DNA of 64,000 nucleotides from Mytilus californianus (Eukaryota): the NCBI RefSeq assembly GCF_021869535.1, contig NW_026262604.1:63364001-63428000 (forward strand). Direction: 5' to 3'. A model generated the notes under the pieces. That model did no database searches. It saw only the letters and a list, made by a program, of their open reading frames with translations, and was not told where the DNA came from. The position numbers and the translations under genes were made by a program. Below, one piece after another: positions 1-13,540 of this stretch. Every line of letters begins with the position of its first letter. Positions within the stretch are counted from its first letter, which is position 1.

Positions 1-1100
1 TTTTAACAAAAATTGAATTCTTGGGGTTCTTTGATATGCTGAATCTAAACATGTGTTTAGATTTTTGATTATGGGCCCAGTTTTCAAGTTGGTCCAAGTT
101 GGGGTCCAAAATTAAACTTTGTTTGATTTCAACCAAAATTGAATATATGGGGTTCTTTGATATGCTGAATCTAAACATGTATTTAGATTTTAGATTTTTG
201 GCCCAGTTTTCAAGTTGGTCCAAATTGGGGTCCAAAATTAAACTTTGTTTGATTTCAACAAAAATTGAATATATGGGGTTCTTTGATATGCTGAATCTTA
301 CCATGTATTTAGATTTTTTATTTGTGGGCCCGCTATCAAATTGGTTCATATTGAGGTCAAAAGGGTCCAAAATTAAACTTTGTTTGATTTCATCAAAAAT
401 TTAATTATTGGGGTTCTTTGATATGCCAAATCTAACCGTGTATTTAGATTTTTAATTTTGGGTCCCGTTTTTTAAATTGGTCTACATTAAGGTCCAAAGG
501 GTCCAAAATTAAACTTAGTTTAATTTTAACAAAAATTGAATTTTTGGGGTTCTTTGATATGCTGAATCTAAACATGTGTTTAGATTTTTGATTATGGGCC
601 CAGTTTTCAAGTTGGTCCAAGTTGGGGTCCAAAATTAAACTTTGTTTGATTTCAACAAAAATTGAATATATGGGGTTCTTTGATATGCTGAATCTTACCA
701 TGTATTTAGATTTTTTATTTTGTGGGCCTGCTATCAAATTGGTTCATATTGAGGTCAAAAGGGTCCAAAATTAAACTTTGTTTGATTTCATCAAAAATTG
801 AATTATTGGGGTTCTTTGATATGCCAAATCTAACCGTGTTTTTAGATTTTTAATTTTGGGTCCCGTTTTTTAAATTGGTCTACATTAAGGTCCAAAGGGT
901 CCAAAATTAAACTTAGTTTGATTTTAACAAAAATTGAATTCTTGGGGTACTTTGATATGCTGAATCTAAACATGTGTTTAGATTTTTGATTATGGGACCA
1001 GTTTTCAAGTTTGTCCAAGTTGGGGTCCAAAATTAAACTTTGTTTGATTTCAACAAAAATTGAATACATGGGGTTCTTTGATATGCTGAATCTAACCATG
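1..1100. repeat. Tandem array of 126-137 bp subunits with a 398-bp three-subunit higher-order period
   Basis: GGGTCCAAAATTAAAC recurs near 102, 228, 363, 499, 625, 761, 898 and 1023. Offsets 363->761 and 624->1022 are both 398 bp. Confidence 0.9.
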
Positions 1101-1318
1101 TATTTTGATTTTGGACATTGGACCATAATAGGTAAATTAAAAAAATTGAAGTTCTTAGACCACATTCTTTCTGTGTCAGAAACCTATGCTGTGTCAAATA
1201 TTTAATCACAATCCAAATTCAGAGCTGTATCAAGCTTGAATGTTGTGTCCATACTTGCCCCAACTGTTCAGGGTTCGACCTCTGCGGTCGTATCAAGCTG
1301 CGCCCAGCGAAGCATTTT
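1..1318 (+). mobile_element. 3' portion of a non-autonomous Helentron/HINE-like element with an internal tandem array (runs off window start)
   Basis: Ends in TGCGGTCGTAT followed by a short GC-rich hairpin-like stretch (GCTGCGCCCAGCGAAGC) and a T-run. The 3' ~170 bp is nearly identical to the end of the complete element at 18252-19386. Confidence 0.7.
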
Positions 1319-4300
1319 ATTTAATGATGATAAGGTAAATGAGCAGCAAGATGGTCGTATTTTCTATAAAGTTGATCACATAAATATTATTATCACTATA
1401 TCAAGACTTTCAGCTAACAAGTAGTTGAAGTTGTTTTAGGAAAATGATGAAGGCATGACTCTGTAAGACATGGTGATCATTCAGGAAAAGATTCAAATTT
1501 GATCTTATTAGTTGAAAATATTTTTAGTTTAACTGTAGACATGCAACTATTCAAATAATTCTAACCCATAGACAACATTTTTTTTTATTTCTCAGTATTA
1601 ATAATTTCACATACTTATTACAATAAATCAAATGATGAATTGGACCGTTGCAGGCAAAAAGGTGAGTCTTTAAGGATGTACTTTGGTGAAATTAGAAAAA
1701 TGTAGAATTTAAAATTGATACTATAAGTCAGAAGACTTCAAGAGCATTTAAGTTAAGAAGCAAACTAATGGAAAGAGAAGAAATCTACAATCTGCTTAAA
1801 TTTTGGTATATGACCTTTTATGAGTTATTAATTGAAGTATATATGAAAAGAAAAATGGGGGTCATGGGGCAAAATATTTTACCCTGTATCGTACGAAAAA
1901 ACCCGAGTCCAAACATCTGACAGAAATTCCAAAACCTGACCTAAGTACATCCTTAAATGCATAATGCAGGGCTCACACTACTTCAGAATCATAGGGAGAA
2001 GTGACTTCTCTTTTTGAAACTGATAGGGAGAAGTGGTGAGATTTGAAAGAGAAGTGCTCCTTTGCACACTGTGCTACAATGTTTGGTTTTTACTACCTAT
2101 AGTACAAAAGGGTCATATGTAAATAATGTTCTTTGTATATTGTTCAATTCATATCTGAGTATACAATTAAAGTAAAAGTTCAAATTCAAAGTTGTTTAAG
2201 TTTTATAGGTTCTTGTGAGAAACTACCAACTTAATATCAAGCACTAAAAAGAATTTTTTTTTTATGACAAAAGGATAAAGAAATTATAATATATAAATCA
2301 CAATTCAATTAAAAAACTATCTTGTTTATCATGTTTATGAAATTCAGTGTTTCTCATCAAAATATATACAAAGTTAAGCTAGGCCATGTATATTGATATT
2401 AGTATTATAGTCCCAGAGTGAATTAAGCAAGTTTAATCAATATTTTGAAAAAATTCATATATATGGAATTATATACATTAATTAAGTAAATCTAACAAAA
2501 AGTCTGTTAATGTGTGTGGAATGCGTAATTTTTCCATTTGGGACCAATTTCCTTGTCAGCTCTTCCATTCATGAGTCCGTAGTTATTATTGTAAAAATAC
2601 GGATTTCGGTCATAGCTGGTCCGTTTCCGATCAGTAGTTAGTAAACAGTTAATGGCGGACGAAGAAAATTTACAAAAATAAACGATGTTTGACAAGCTAT
2701 TTGGAAAGGAATATAAAGTTTTTAATGCAATAAATGGATTAAACATTTACTGGAGGCAATTTTTATCACGTTCAAATGAAGTGACAAACTTATTTTGTCG
2801 CCGAAAGTTATATTGATGTACGATCTCGTGTAACAAGTACCGGAAGTGCATGAAGTGTTAAAAAGTTGTCTTTTTATTAAACAATCTGCTTCACACTGTA
2901 AAGTCAATGCTTAAATCTCTGTTCTTCAGAAAATGAATCGTTTATGTCTGAATTTCTTTAATTATCAATGTTTCATCGACATGGTAAAAAATGAAAACTT
3001 TGTGAAAATATTATTTTTGACAATTTTGAAGTAGCCGGCGCCAAAGCAGAAGTAACCGGCGGAATTCGCCGGTTGCCGGCTTCTAATGACATCCCTGGAC
3101 TATATGGTAGAAGTAGAAGTAGAAGGTTTCTGTTCTCATAAACTGGGTTGCCATTACAGATGAGGGATCATGTTAAAAGTTGGCCAGTGAAGGTGTCATT
3201 TACCTTTATATGGTTTCTGTCTTGAGTTAATGCAGTGGTTAATGTTTTGAAATATAGTTATTACAGACATCTAGTAATAATATATAATCTGAAATGTTTA
3301 AAAATAGTAATTTGATAGATTCAACAAAGTTAACTGCATGCATAGTTTTAAATGTTGTTTTTTTTTTTGTGTTTAGGAAATGGTTATTTTTTTTTAGAAA
3401 AACTTTAAAACACATTTATAATGATTTTTAAATATTTCTATTTTTCAGGAGTCTTCGAGTGCACAAAACAAAGGACACAAATTAAATGAAAAAACTCCTC
3501 AAAAATCAAGATGGAGATGTACAATACTTTGAAGAAATATCATTGGTTTATGCAGTCATGTGATTCCCATAACACCATTTGATTGGCAAGGTTTAGTGTT
3601 TCTAAATCAACCAGCCAATACAAGAACCAGCTTTTATCATTTGATACGCATCTGGCCTTTGATTGGTCAGCCAGAGACAATTCAACATACATCATTATGT
3701 AAATAAGTTCATGAATATTCATGAGTTATGTAAGACTGCTCACTAGTTGATTATTGTCTTGACATCAAATAAAATGAGCTACCAGCCCTGTCAAAAAGGA
3801 AATGAGAGTAAAATAAAGTTACACCCTCAATATTAAAATAATGTAGGGTGTTCAATCTTTTAGATTTTTTAATGAAAATTTGTTTTAATATATTTTTATG
3901 TTAGATCAAAACAGGGTATTTTGTAGTTTTTGTAACAAAGAGGGGAAAAAGATATTTTCAGTTGAACTTTTAAAACTTGTTACATATATTTTATTTTTTC
4001 AATAAATTATAACAAAAATTCTTTAAACTAAAAATGTTTTAAATGTTTTTTTTTAGTTTTAGCTGGTTGTTTAAATAGAAATAGAGATACTTTTTGTACA
4101 AACAATTTTTTGTTTAAATTATTGCTCAAATTTAATGCAGATAAGAATATGGAGCTATTATATAAGAAAAATTGGCCTAATTATTACAGACTTTGTAGCA
4201 TAATATGAAAAAAATGACTTGATTTAATACAAAGAATACAAATTAAAAGTGGTGTGTTATTATTTCATTAAGATTTATTAACACTTAAAAACAAGGACTG

Positions 4301-5089
4301 GTTTTCACTTTATTTTTGCCTTCTTTTTGTTCAGGATTGATGCATTAGAACCCTACAGAAAAAGGGCTTCAAAATTTATTGGTTTCCTCACTTCATCTTT
4401 TATGATTGAAGCATGGTGTGATAGTCAGCAGATTGAAAATCTGTTCTAAGTGTAATTATCAATGTATGAGTGTGTTTGTGCTAATTTCTAAAAAAAGAAG
4501 GAATATTTTGTGTTCAAAGGTATGAACGTATGACACTTAATCTTGGTTGTGTTTTTTTCTGAATGAGTACATATGTAAATATTTCATGGTCCGATTGATA
4601 ATATTACTGTGGATTTATTTATTTTTCGTGGATGAGAGAAAAATTTGTGGATTTATTTATTTTCTTGGATCTGGATTGGAGAAAAATTCGTGGATTTATT
4701 TATTTTCGTGGATTGGAGAAAAATTTGTTGATAATTGATTTTGTGGTTTTGCCAAAATCTGCATACAAGTCTATAGAACATTTGTACTTCATAAAACATT
4801 TAAATTTTGGGTTAACTTTTACCCTCAAAATTAACGATAAATTGATATCACACGAATAATAATGAATTCACAGTATGTTATTCAAACTTTGATAATAGAA
4901 AAATAAAACCTGGCTGCAGTTCAAAGCCTCCATATTGTCATCTACTTTTGTAGATGTCCTCGATGGCAAAATATGAAATTTTTATTCATTTGTTATTTAT
5001 GACTGAAAGGTAGGGCTGGCAGCTCATTTTGCATAATCACTACATAATTATGTATGTGCTTCCTTTAACTTATATTTCACCTTGAAATT

Positions 5090-5813
5090 CAATAAACCTG
5101 TCTTAACCAAGCCATGTTTGGACTAAAAGATTTCGTCTGGATTTCACAAGATTAATTATTAAAGAATTGTCACCTTATGTCCTGATAGAAGATCAATTAG
5201 ACATCTATCAGGTCAAGACAAAGGATAAAGATGTGAACAATCACAGGTAACTTTAAGGCCTCCAACAATGAGCAAAACCCATACTGTAAAGTCATCTGAA
5301 AAAGGCTTGGGATGACAAAATTGAAATGATTTGAAATAGAAAACCAACTGCTTTATTTATACTACAACAACAAAACCATTAATGGTAAGCAATTGCAACC
5401 AAAGACAACCATTGGACAACAGGTTTCTGACTTTTAATAGACACATAAAGAATGTGGTGGAGTTAACATGTTTGTGAGTATTTAACCCTCCCTCAAACCT
5501 AGGACATTAGGGTAACAACACAACATAACAATAAGGGCTATTCCATTAAAATGTATGTGGGAGGGTAGGAAGGGACTTTCAAAATATCCCTACAACCAAG
5601 AACCATTTTTTAGATAATTTTTCATAATGGTAATAGACACATACTGAAAAAAGACCCATGACCCACATTCAATAATTAAACTTCCCTTCCTACCCTCCAA
5701 CATACATTTTAACAGAATAGCCCTAAAGTGTAATAATCAGTTAGAAAGGGGCTTGACTCATTAGTTTGACAAGACTTTTTTTACACATGGTTTGGTTAAG
5801 ACAGGTTTCACTG
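5090..5813. mobile_element. Old Tc1/mariner-like non-autonomous TIR element hosting nested insertions
   Basis: AAACCTGTCTTAACCAAGCCATGT (from 5094) is inverted by ACATGGTTTGGTTAAGACAGGTTT (to 5808), 23/24 match. The right end reads CAGTGAAACC on the minus strand. Confidence 0.5.
5535..5723. mobile_element. PIF/Harbinger (Tourist-like) MITE, 189 bp
   Basis: ~42-bp imperfect TIRs starting GGGCTATTC and ending GAATAGCCC, flanked by TAA on both sides (5532-5534, 5724-5726), the typical Harbinger TSD. Confidence 0.7.
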
Positions 5814-7913
5814 TGCGTTTCTTGCTATTATAACCTGATAATTTACTTTTATGGTCAATTTTTACCATTTGTAAATAGTACTCTACAATGCAGCTACTAG
5901 TATATTATATTGGCGTTTCTGTTATAGCTACCTGTCCGACAGAAATAATTGTACAATAGTATGTGAAAACCTACTTTTATTTTGAAAGTAAAATTCATGT
6001 TTAGCATACAAATCATCATAACTAATTTGTTCTATTGTGGAAATGTTGAAGTAAGTAACTATCACATGACAGTCATTTGACAGTTTCTCATTTCTTTTCA
6101 TTTGAAGATTAAAAAATAAAAGAGTTCTTAAATTATGAGCGTTATGTATGTCAGGGGAGATTTCAAGTGAAAGAATATGTGAAACTATAAATTGCATTAA
6201 ATTATTAGCTCCAATAGAATGCTTATTTGTAATCTTCCCCTTAATCAACAGAAATGTTAATGAAATCATCCACTTAATCATTACGTTTTCACTACAGGTT
6301 GTTCTCTATTTGATGTTCCAGTAAGAGTTGTCTCTCTTTTATGAAAGTACATTTAACGGTCTATAGTATATAAGTTATTTTTAGGCCATAGATTTAATTT
6401 CTAAGCAGAGATAAAACTTATTGTTTTTTTAAAAGAAAATAGGTTTTAGATCATTGTTGAAGGCAGTAGAGTGACCTATTGTTGATCTGGTCTCCAGTGG
6501 ATAGATGTCTCATTGGCAATCATACCACATCTCCTTATTTTTATATATTCTATGAAAATTTAGAGTCCTATATGAAACCTATTCCTGAGCAAGTTCTTAA
6601 GAAGTGTGCAAACAAATATGCTGATATGGAAATACCAGCCCATAAGAAAAATTTGTAAAAACTGCATTTGAATTATGAAATTTTGGAATGGAAAGTAATA
6701 AAAAATCAAAACAAATATGATGTTCAGAACAGTTAGTTTTCTTCTGGGATAATCCAGTCTTGAGTTTCATTAGCTATGTTTTTGTTAGATTTCTGTTACA
6801 AAATATGGTGCATTAAGTCTGTGAATTGATTTTACAGAAATTTTATTAAAAACCAATCTGTAAGAAACAGCAGTGACAACTAAAAAATTAAAAATCTGGA
6901 ATTGAAGGTTGTTAATAATAAACGATAAGGCTTATAGTATCTTTCTCTACAGTGCATATATACAATATGATTCAATAATAACATTTTTACTTGTGTTGAA
7001 TGAATCACAGTTAAACTGGTTGATTGCTGATAACACTCTTCTTTTCAACCCCTTCATAAAAAACCTTATGAATATCATCAATCGCTGCCATTCAGTGTAA
7101 AAAAACTCTTGCTAGAAATATTGTACGTTCAACCAGTTTTGGGTGTACTATGCTTATTAAACTCAACTGGGACCATGTGCACCAAAATTTAAATTAGTGC
7201 CTCAGGATTCACTTATTAGATTGTACTTAAAGATTTAACAATCACTTGTTATATGTTCATTTTGTCAAGAAATCTTTATATCATCTTTACAGATCTAGAC
7301 ATAATTTCTGCTGTAAAAAAAAAATGATTTAGACAATTTAATGAATGGTAATTATGCTAAGGTTGTTAAAAACTGGCAAAGTATAAGAAGATATTGTTTT
7401 GATACATTATGTGTCTGTGAAAAGGGAGAGAGAATGAAATATAAATATATATACCATTAAATTCTATTTGAATTTATGAATGCTAAATGTCTCATTAGTT
7501 TGATAGTAGTGCTTATTTTGCATAATGAAATGAAGGGTAATTTGTATTTCAAGTTATTGCAGATGACATTCTTTGATGAACTTGGTCAAGATATAAAGTC
7601 ATTATAAATTAAAATTTACAAACAATCTGTATCTGTATATGAGTATACTAGTTATGAAGCAATTAAAAAATGTGGAAAACGTATGCAAAGCAGGTGCTTG
7701 CTAGATAGTTGAAAATCAATATTAAACGGTATGTAACATAAGTGCTTACAAATTAATGTAAATTAGAAATTATTACAATGTTTTTATTATTGCAAAAATT
7801 GCGATGGGATAGGTTCCACAAAAATAAGAACTTGCATTTTAATCTTCTGTAGCATTATTATAATGTAGCATTTCCTGAAATCACAATAATTAATCTCCCA
7901 TTTATGTCCATTT

Positions 7914-8071
7914 CAGGGGCAGATCCACCCATTTTTAAAATGGGGGTTCCCAACCCAGGATAAGGGGGGGTTCCAACCATATGTCCCCATTCAAGTGCAT
8001 TGATCGTCCAAAAAAAAAAAAGGGTGTTACAACCCACGGAACCCCCCCCCCCCCCACTGGATCCGCCACTG
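7914..8071. mobile_element. Short GC-rich MITE with CAG(G/T)GGCGGATCCA-type termini
   Basis: Starts CAGGGGCAGATCCA and ends TGGATCCGCCACTG; GC-rich island in an AT-rich background. Confidence 0.6.
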
Positions 8072-9089
8072 CATTGTTCAACAATCACAATAATAAATGC
8101 ACGCAACAATTTCTGAATTTACAGAATATCAGTATAAAGTTGCTTGTAGTGAAGTAATGAATAATTGTCAGAAAACGTGTCCTTGAACCTCTTCTTTAAA
8201 TATGATAATGATGAATAAATGTTTGGTTGTATATCTAAATCATGGTAATCTACCAATGGCCATAAATTAAAATTGTTCATGACCTATTTTTTAAGACATT
8301 GTACACTACAGATCTTCTTTGTAAAGAGTTTAATTTAAACACTTACTTTTTGTTGGATTTGCTTACACATGTAGCAGGGTCACCTCATATTCTGGACACT
8401 TTTTTTCACAAAGAATATGAAATATTTATTTAAAAGTTTTTTTTTATTTTAAGCCTTGTCTTAAGCTTGTTACTTTAAAAAAAAACAGAAAAGAAGGCAA
8501 CATATCACGTATTGTTGAAGTTGGCATTATATATCCGGGATAACAAAATTGAAATAAATTAAAAGAAATGTTCATGGAGAAAACATTTTATCAATACAAT
8601 TAACCAACATTGATATGTTTTTGTTTTTTTTTTGGCATTGACTATTTCACTTTATTTAAGGTTTCAAATCCTTTCTATTACAAAACTCGAGTATGAAAGT
8701 GTAAACATCTATCATGAACAAAACCTGCTGTAAATATTGTATGCTTGCACTTAATGTTCAAAAGTGTATAATTTTATGTAAAAAATATGTAAATTTCTGG
8801 TGAACATATAGATTTGTTATGAACTGTTTTAACTGATTTTATTTTGTTATGTCCCTTTGTTATCCAAGGATTATTAAATTGTCTCCCTTGTAAGTGAATT
8901 TTTAATTTATGATTTAACTTTGTTTAACACTCCTGAATGGTTATTGCTTATATATTTACATTCTATTTCATGAAAAAATTTGTATTAAGAATTTTTTTGT
9001 AAGTTAACAAACAATTAAAAACTTGCAGATCAATTTGTTGTAAGATTTCATGTGAAGTGAATGGACAATATCGGTTACAAAATAGTCTG

Positions 9090-11170
9090 CACCCTTTAGG
9101 GATGGTTATAACTGGAAAGGTTGGATTATCATGGTGCAAAGATTGTTTTAACAGGGGAGAGTTCACAATAGCATGTCCATCAGATCGGTTTCACCTGACC
9201 TTGACCTCTTTCATGGATCAGAGATCAAGGTTAAGTTTTGATGGTCAAGTCAGCATTTTTATTCTGACACAAAATGATTTACTGTCAATTAACTACAATT
9301 TTCTAACTATGTTTTGATGTAGAAGTAACAGAATTGTATGATAAAGGATGGACTTTATAGGTAACTTCATTTTGAACAGACACTGAATTTGATTGAAAGA
9401 TGATAAGATTATTTTTTATTATATTAACAGTCATGATTAAAAAAAAGATTATTGATTTTTCATTTATATATATATAGATAAGGAGAGGTGGTATGATTGC
9501 GAATGAGACAACTATCCACCAGAGTTCAAATGAAGTGGATATAAGCAATTAAAGGCAACTGAACTGCCTTCAACAATGAGAAAAACCCATACTGTATAGT
9601 CGGCTATATATTCATCCTTTCATTTTGCAATATGCCACAACTTTTTTCCATTTCATAATTTTGCCTTTAAGCAATCATAATTAATTTTTTATAAAGTGAC
9701 TGACATTTTCACAGAATTTAAAGGAGATCTATCTTTTAATCAGAAATGCATATGCAATATTCAGTTTCAGCAGTGTTTTATGTGCTTTTAATGTCTTTTA
9801 TATGTCATGAAAGTTGCAGTATGCGAGACATAGGAATTACTTTTGGGCTGTGACAAAGTAAATTATTTTTAAAAAGCTACATATTTCAGAAGGTAGAAGT
9901 CCTGAATGCTTTATATCTTGTATGCAGATGCCTTTTGTTACATAGTTTCTGTCTGTCATATGTCCTTTGTCCTTGACCTCATTTTCAAGGTTCAGCTACT
10001 TCTTGAATTTTTTTAAAAGTTTTTTTGTCATGTGAAATACTTATTACATGTATGGGTAATTGAATAACTATATTTGGTATATGGGAACCTTGCAAGGTCT
10101 ACTTTTCTATCAGATCGGGTTCACCTGACCTTGACCTCTTTTCATGGATTAGAGATCAAGGCTAAGTTTTTATGGTCAAGTCAGTACCTAAGATACTATC
10201 AGCAATACATCAACTATAAATGGTGTATAATAGAAAAATAAAGGATATGGGGTAGATGGCATGATTGCTAGGTGTACCTGTCTGTCTGGTAGGGTTCATC
10301 TGACGACCACATTTCATGGTTCATTGGTCTATTTTATTTTTTTGTGGTTTTGTGTTTTTCAGATACTATAAGCAATAGGTTAACTATATTTCGTGTATGG
10401 AATGTCTTGACTTCATTTTCAGTGTTCATGGGTCGACATTAAGTTATCGTGGTTATGTCTGTTTCTCAGATGCTATAAGCAATAGGTCAACTATATTTGG
10501 TATTTGAAATGATCCAAGGTATGCATGTTTTCTGGCAGGGTTCATCTGACCTTGTCTTTATTTTTATCATTCATTGGTCAATGTTCAGTTTTTGTCTCGC
10601 CTTGATGGAGTCAAAAAGTGAGACATAGGTATGCTGTTTCTGGCAGCGTCGGCTTTATCAACAATGTAATAGTTTGTGATTAGGTCAGTCTATGGAGAAC
10701 CACTATTGGTAGGTCAATGGTATTTGGTATGCAGTTATATCAGCATTAGCACATCTCATTTCCATGGAGATTATTATGGGCCCACCCCCTCAGTCATGGT
10801 CTATTGACTTTGAAACTTTTGCTTAGTTTACATTATAAGTTTGTGTGATTAGGTCAGTTTATGGGGAACCGCTAGTGGTAGGTCAATGATATTTGTATGC
10901 ATATGTGTTAGCATTGGCACATCTCATTTTCATGGAGAATGTTTGGCCCTGTACTGTCAGTCATGGTTCATAAGTATCGCTATTTTAATTTCAACATTAG
11001 CATATTACTATCAAAATAACAAAAAGGTGAGGCATATCTCTGTGTTAACAATTTTATTTTGTTATTAGGTCTATTTCTCAGGGGTATAAGCAAAAGGCTA
11101 ACTATATTTTGTGTATGATATGATTGTAAGGTGTCAATATATATCTGACATTGGCCTCATTTATGTGGAT
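9090..11170 (+). mobile_element. Degraded non-autonomous Helitron/Helentron-like fragments
   Basis: Recurrent diverged module GGTTCACCTGACCTTGACCTC..TTCATGGATCA (about 9190, 10120, 10540). A hairpin-bearing 5'-end-like motif TTTTTGTCTCGCC...GTGAGACATAGG lies at about 10590-10630. Confidence 0.4.
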
Positions 11171-12039
11171 CATTGATACTGAAAAGATTACTGTAAATTC
11201 AGTAATTATGACTGCATTCATTATTGGGATTTATTTTGAACAATGAACAAAAATGCGCGATTAATTATTGCGATTTCTCGAAAAGCTGCATACAGATATA
11301 TGCATCAGATATCAGAATGCTGGCTCTTATTATTGAGATACTCACCCAGTCGAATTATTTGGGTCAATAAAAACCTAGCAATAATTTCTAAATTTACAGT
11401 ATGTGATACTTGCATAGTAATACCTTCATGTTACAAACTTTCACCATAAGTTCAATTATAATAAGTAAAGCAGGCTACCATTCAACGTGTGCACTCTTGT
11501 TCTTGAAAAGGGTTGACATAAACCTGGCTTGCCCAGTAATTTTAAAGAGTTGTGTTCCTTTCCACAGAAACCTTAAGCTTTTTAAATTCTCAGGAAAATT
11601 GAAAAAAAATGATGCAGTTTGGTTTTCTATGTTGTTTGGTTGCTGTATAGTTGAGGTATACACCACATTTCCTTTTATTCATGTTTAAATATAAAGAATT
11701 ACGTAGTATATTTCTTAAGAATTGGAACCGCCTACATATATTTGTTCCGCCTAACAGATGTTCCACTAGAAACTTTGTTATAAACAATGTCATAATATCT
11801 GTTCCTGTTGGAACAAATATTTTATACCATTTATCAAGGAATTGTATATTTAAATATACAACTCCTTGCGTTTATTCAGTTAGGAAGGAACATATACTGT
11901 AATATTTATTCCAGTCGAAATAATAAATTTAAGACTGGATTTCCCAACTCTTGAAAACCACGAAAATTATCAGTTAATAGTAGCTTCTACAATAACTAAA
12001 TGCATTATGCCTTTTGGGTTCTGGTATACCGTACTGTTA

Positions 12040-12459
12040 ATAGCAGACTTGTTCTTGTACTGTTATGAATCACAGTTTATGACCAAACTCAGTAAAGACC
12101 CGTCTAAATTGTATTTAATCGATAAATTCAACAACACTTACCGTTATCTTGATGATATTTTAAAATAATCAAGAATTTTCTAAATATACTGCCGAAATTT
12201 ACCCAAAGGAACTCACTTTAAATAAATCAAATATAAACAGTAATAACTGTCCTTTCGTAGATTTAGATATTTCAGTTTTACACGGGAAACTCTACACTAA
12301 AATCTACGACAAAAGGGACGCTTTTTCGTTCCCTATTGTTAATTTTCCTTTTTTGGACGTTGATGTTCCTTTGGCACCATCTTACGGTGTTTATATATCC
12401 CAACTCATTCGCTATGCCCGTGTCTTTTGTAACGTTTTGGATTTCAATGAACGTTATCT
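12040..12459 (+). mobile_element. Penelope-like (Naiad-type) reverse transcriptase fragment, pseudogenised
   Basis: Translates across frameshifts to ADLFLYCYESQF, TYRYLDDI, YDKRD, SYGVYISQLIRYARV, matching the RT of the element at 42-46 kb. Confidence 0.85.
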
Positions 12460-13396
12460 ATATATGATCATATATAGTCTAGTCAATTTAGTGAACAACC
12501 TGCAACTAATTGCAACACAAAGTTTTTCTATGAAAAACAAGTCTGTTACTATCTATAAACAACATACTAAAACTATACAAAAATATATTTTGCGGAAAGT
12601 GGTGTAATTCATGTAAATATTTTGTAGTAAAAGTAAGGTTATATGAGTTGCTCCCCCTTATTTTCCAAAGTTGAAAAAATAAATTTATACAAAAAATGTT
12701 CTGTAATTTTTATTACAGTTGAAGTAATACAATACAATACATAATTATCTCAATTCAAAAGAATAATATTACAAATGCATCACTTTCCTGTCTCAAAATT
12801 TGTATATTTGAATAAAGATATAGACCGAGATTCTGTTTTGCTATTTTACAATCCAAGAATCTAATTATCCACCACAGTGTTATATATTGAAATCTGTCCT
12901 GAGTCAAATTAGCCAACTTAGTCACAATCTTAATCGGTATTTATGAAAGAAAGAATTCTGCCCCTGTGTTAAAGGCACGGACAGTTAATGTATAGTTGGG
13001 GGAGGGTTTCTCGAAACACATGTTTTGTCCTTTATAAAAAAAAATATTATTGCAAGACTTAATTTTTGAAATTCAAAGTCTTTTATGTATTTTTTTCCAC
13101 AACTTTACAAAGAAAACATTTTCTTTTTTTCATTTTTCTTCTTGAACAAACATGTTAAAATTTAGAATTCAACAATATTTTTTATAAAAAAATAAGAATG
13201 ATGAGTGTAAAATGATTGTATGTTTAATATTTTTCACAAATGGAAATTTCAGGCTCCTCCAAGCAAATAGCTACTCATGTAATTAGCGACGATCTCATTA
13301 CTCACACACCAGCTTTGGCTGTAACACTGGATCAACTTTTCATTGGTTGCTAGTTGGATGTGTACTGATTCATATTTTAGTCGGTGCCAACAGTAT

Positions 13397-13540
13397 ACAC
13401 CTGTTGACTGGTTATGAGGGTAATAGCAAGTTTGTTGTCTCTGAGATACCAACTATTGCTTGAGGCGAAGCCGAGGGCAATAGTAAGTATCAAAGCGACA
13501 ACAAACTTGCTATCGCCTTCATAACCAGTCAATAAGTGTT
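13397..13540. mobile_element. ~145-nt near-perfect inverted repeat with central GAGGCGAAGCCGAGG; core of a non-autonomous element (Crypton-like by recollection)
   Basis: ACACCTGTTGACTGGTTATGAGGGTAATAGCAAGTTTGTTGTC pairs with GACAACAAACTTGCTATCGCCTTCATAACCAGTCAATAAGTGT. An inner stem ACTATTGC/GCAATAGT is also present. Confidence 0.6.

Noticed and set aside
99-1205. ORFs 99..404, 444..737, 842..1165, 1011..1205
   Set aside because: They are translations of the tandem array on both strands; the repeated peptides reflect DNA periodicity.
1967-3097. hAT-like element with CAGGG...CCCTG ends and a promoter-like core (ATGGCGG at about 2652, CGGAAGTG at about 2840)
   Set aside because: The inverted match is only ~5-7 bp, there is no 8-bp TSD, and the ATG frame closes after 9 codons.
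1597-4450. Possible plus-strand exons (about 1597-1662, from 3450, and 4336-4450 ending IENLF*)
   Set aside because: Splice signals are plausible, but I could not join them into a consistent frame or recognise a domain; RNA-seq is needed.
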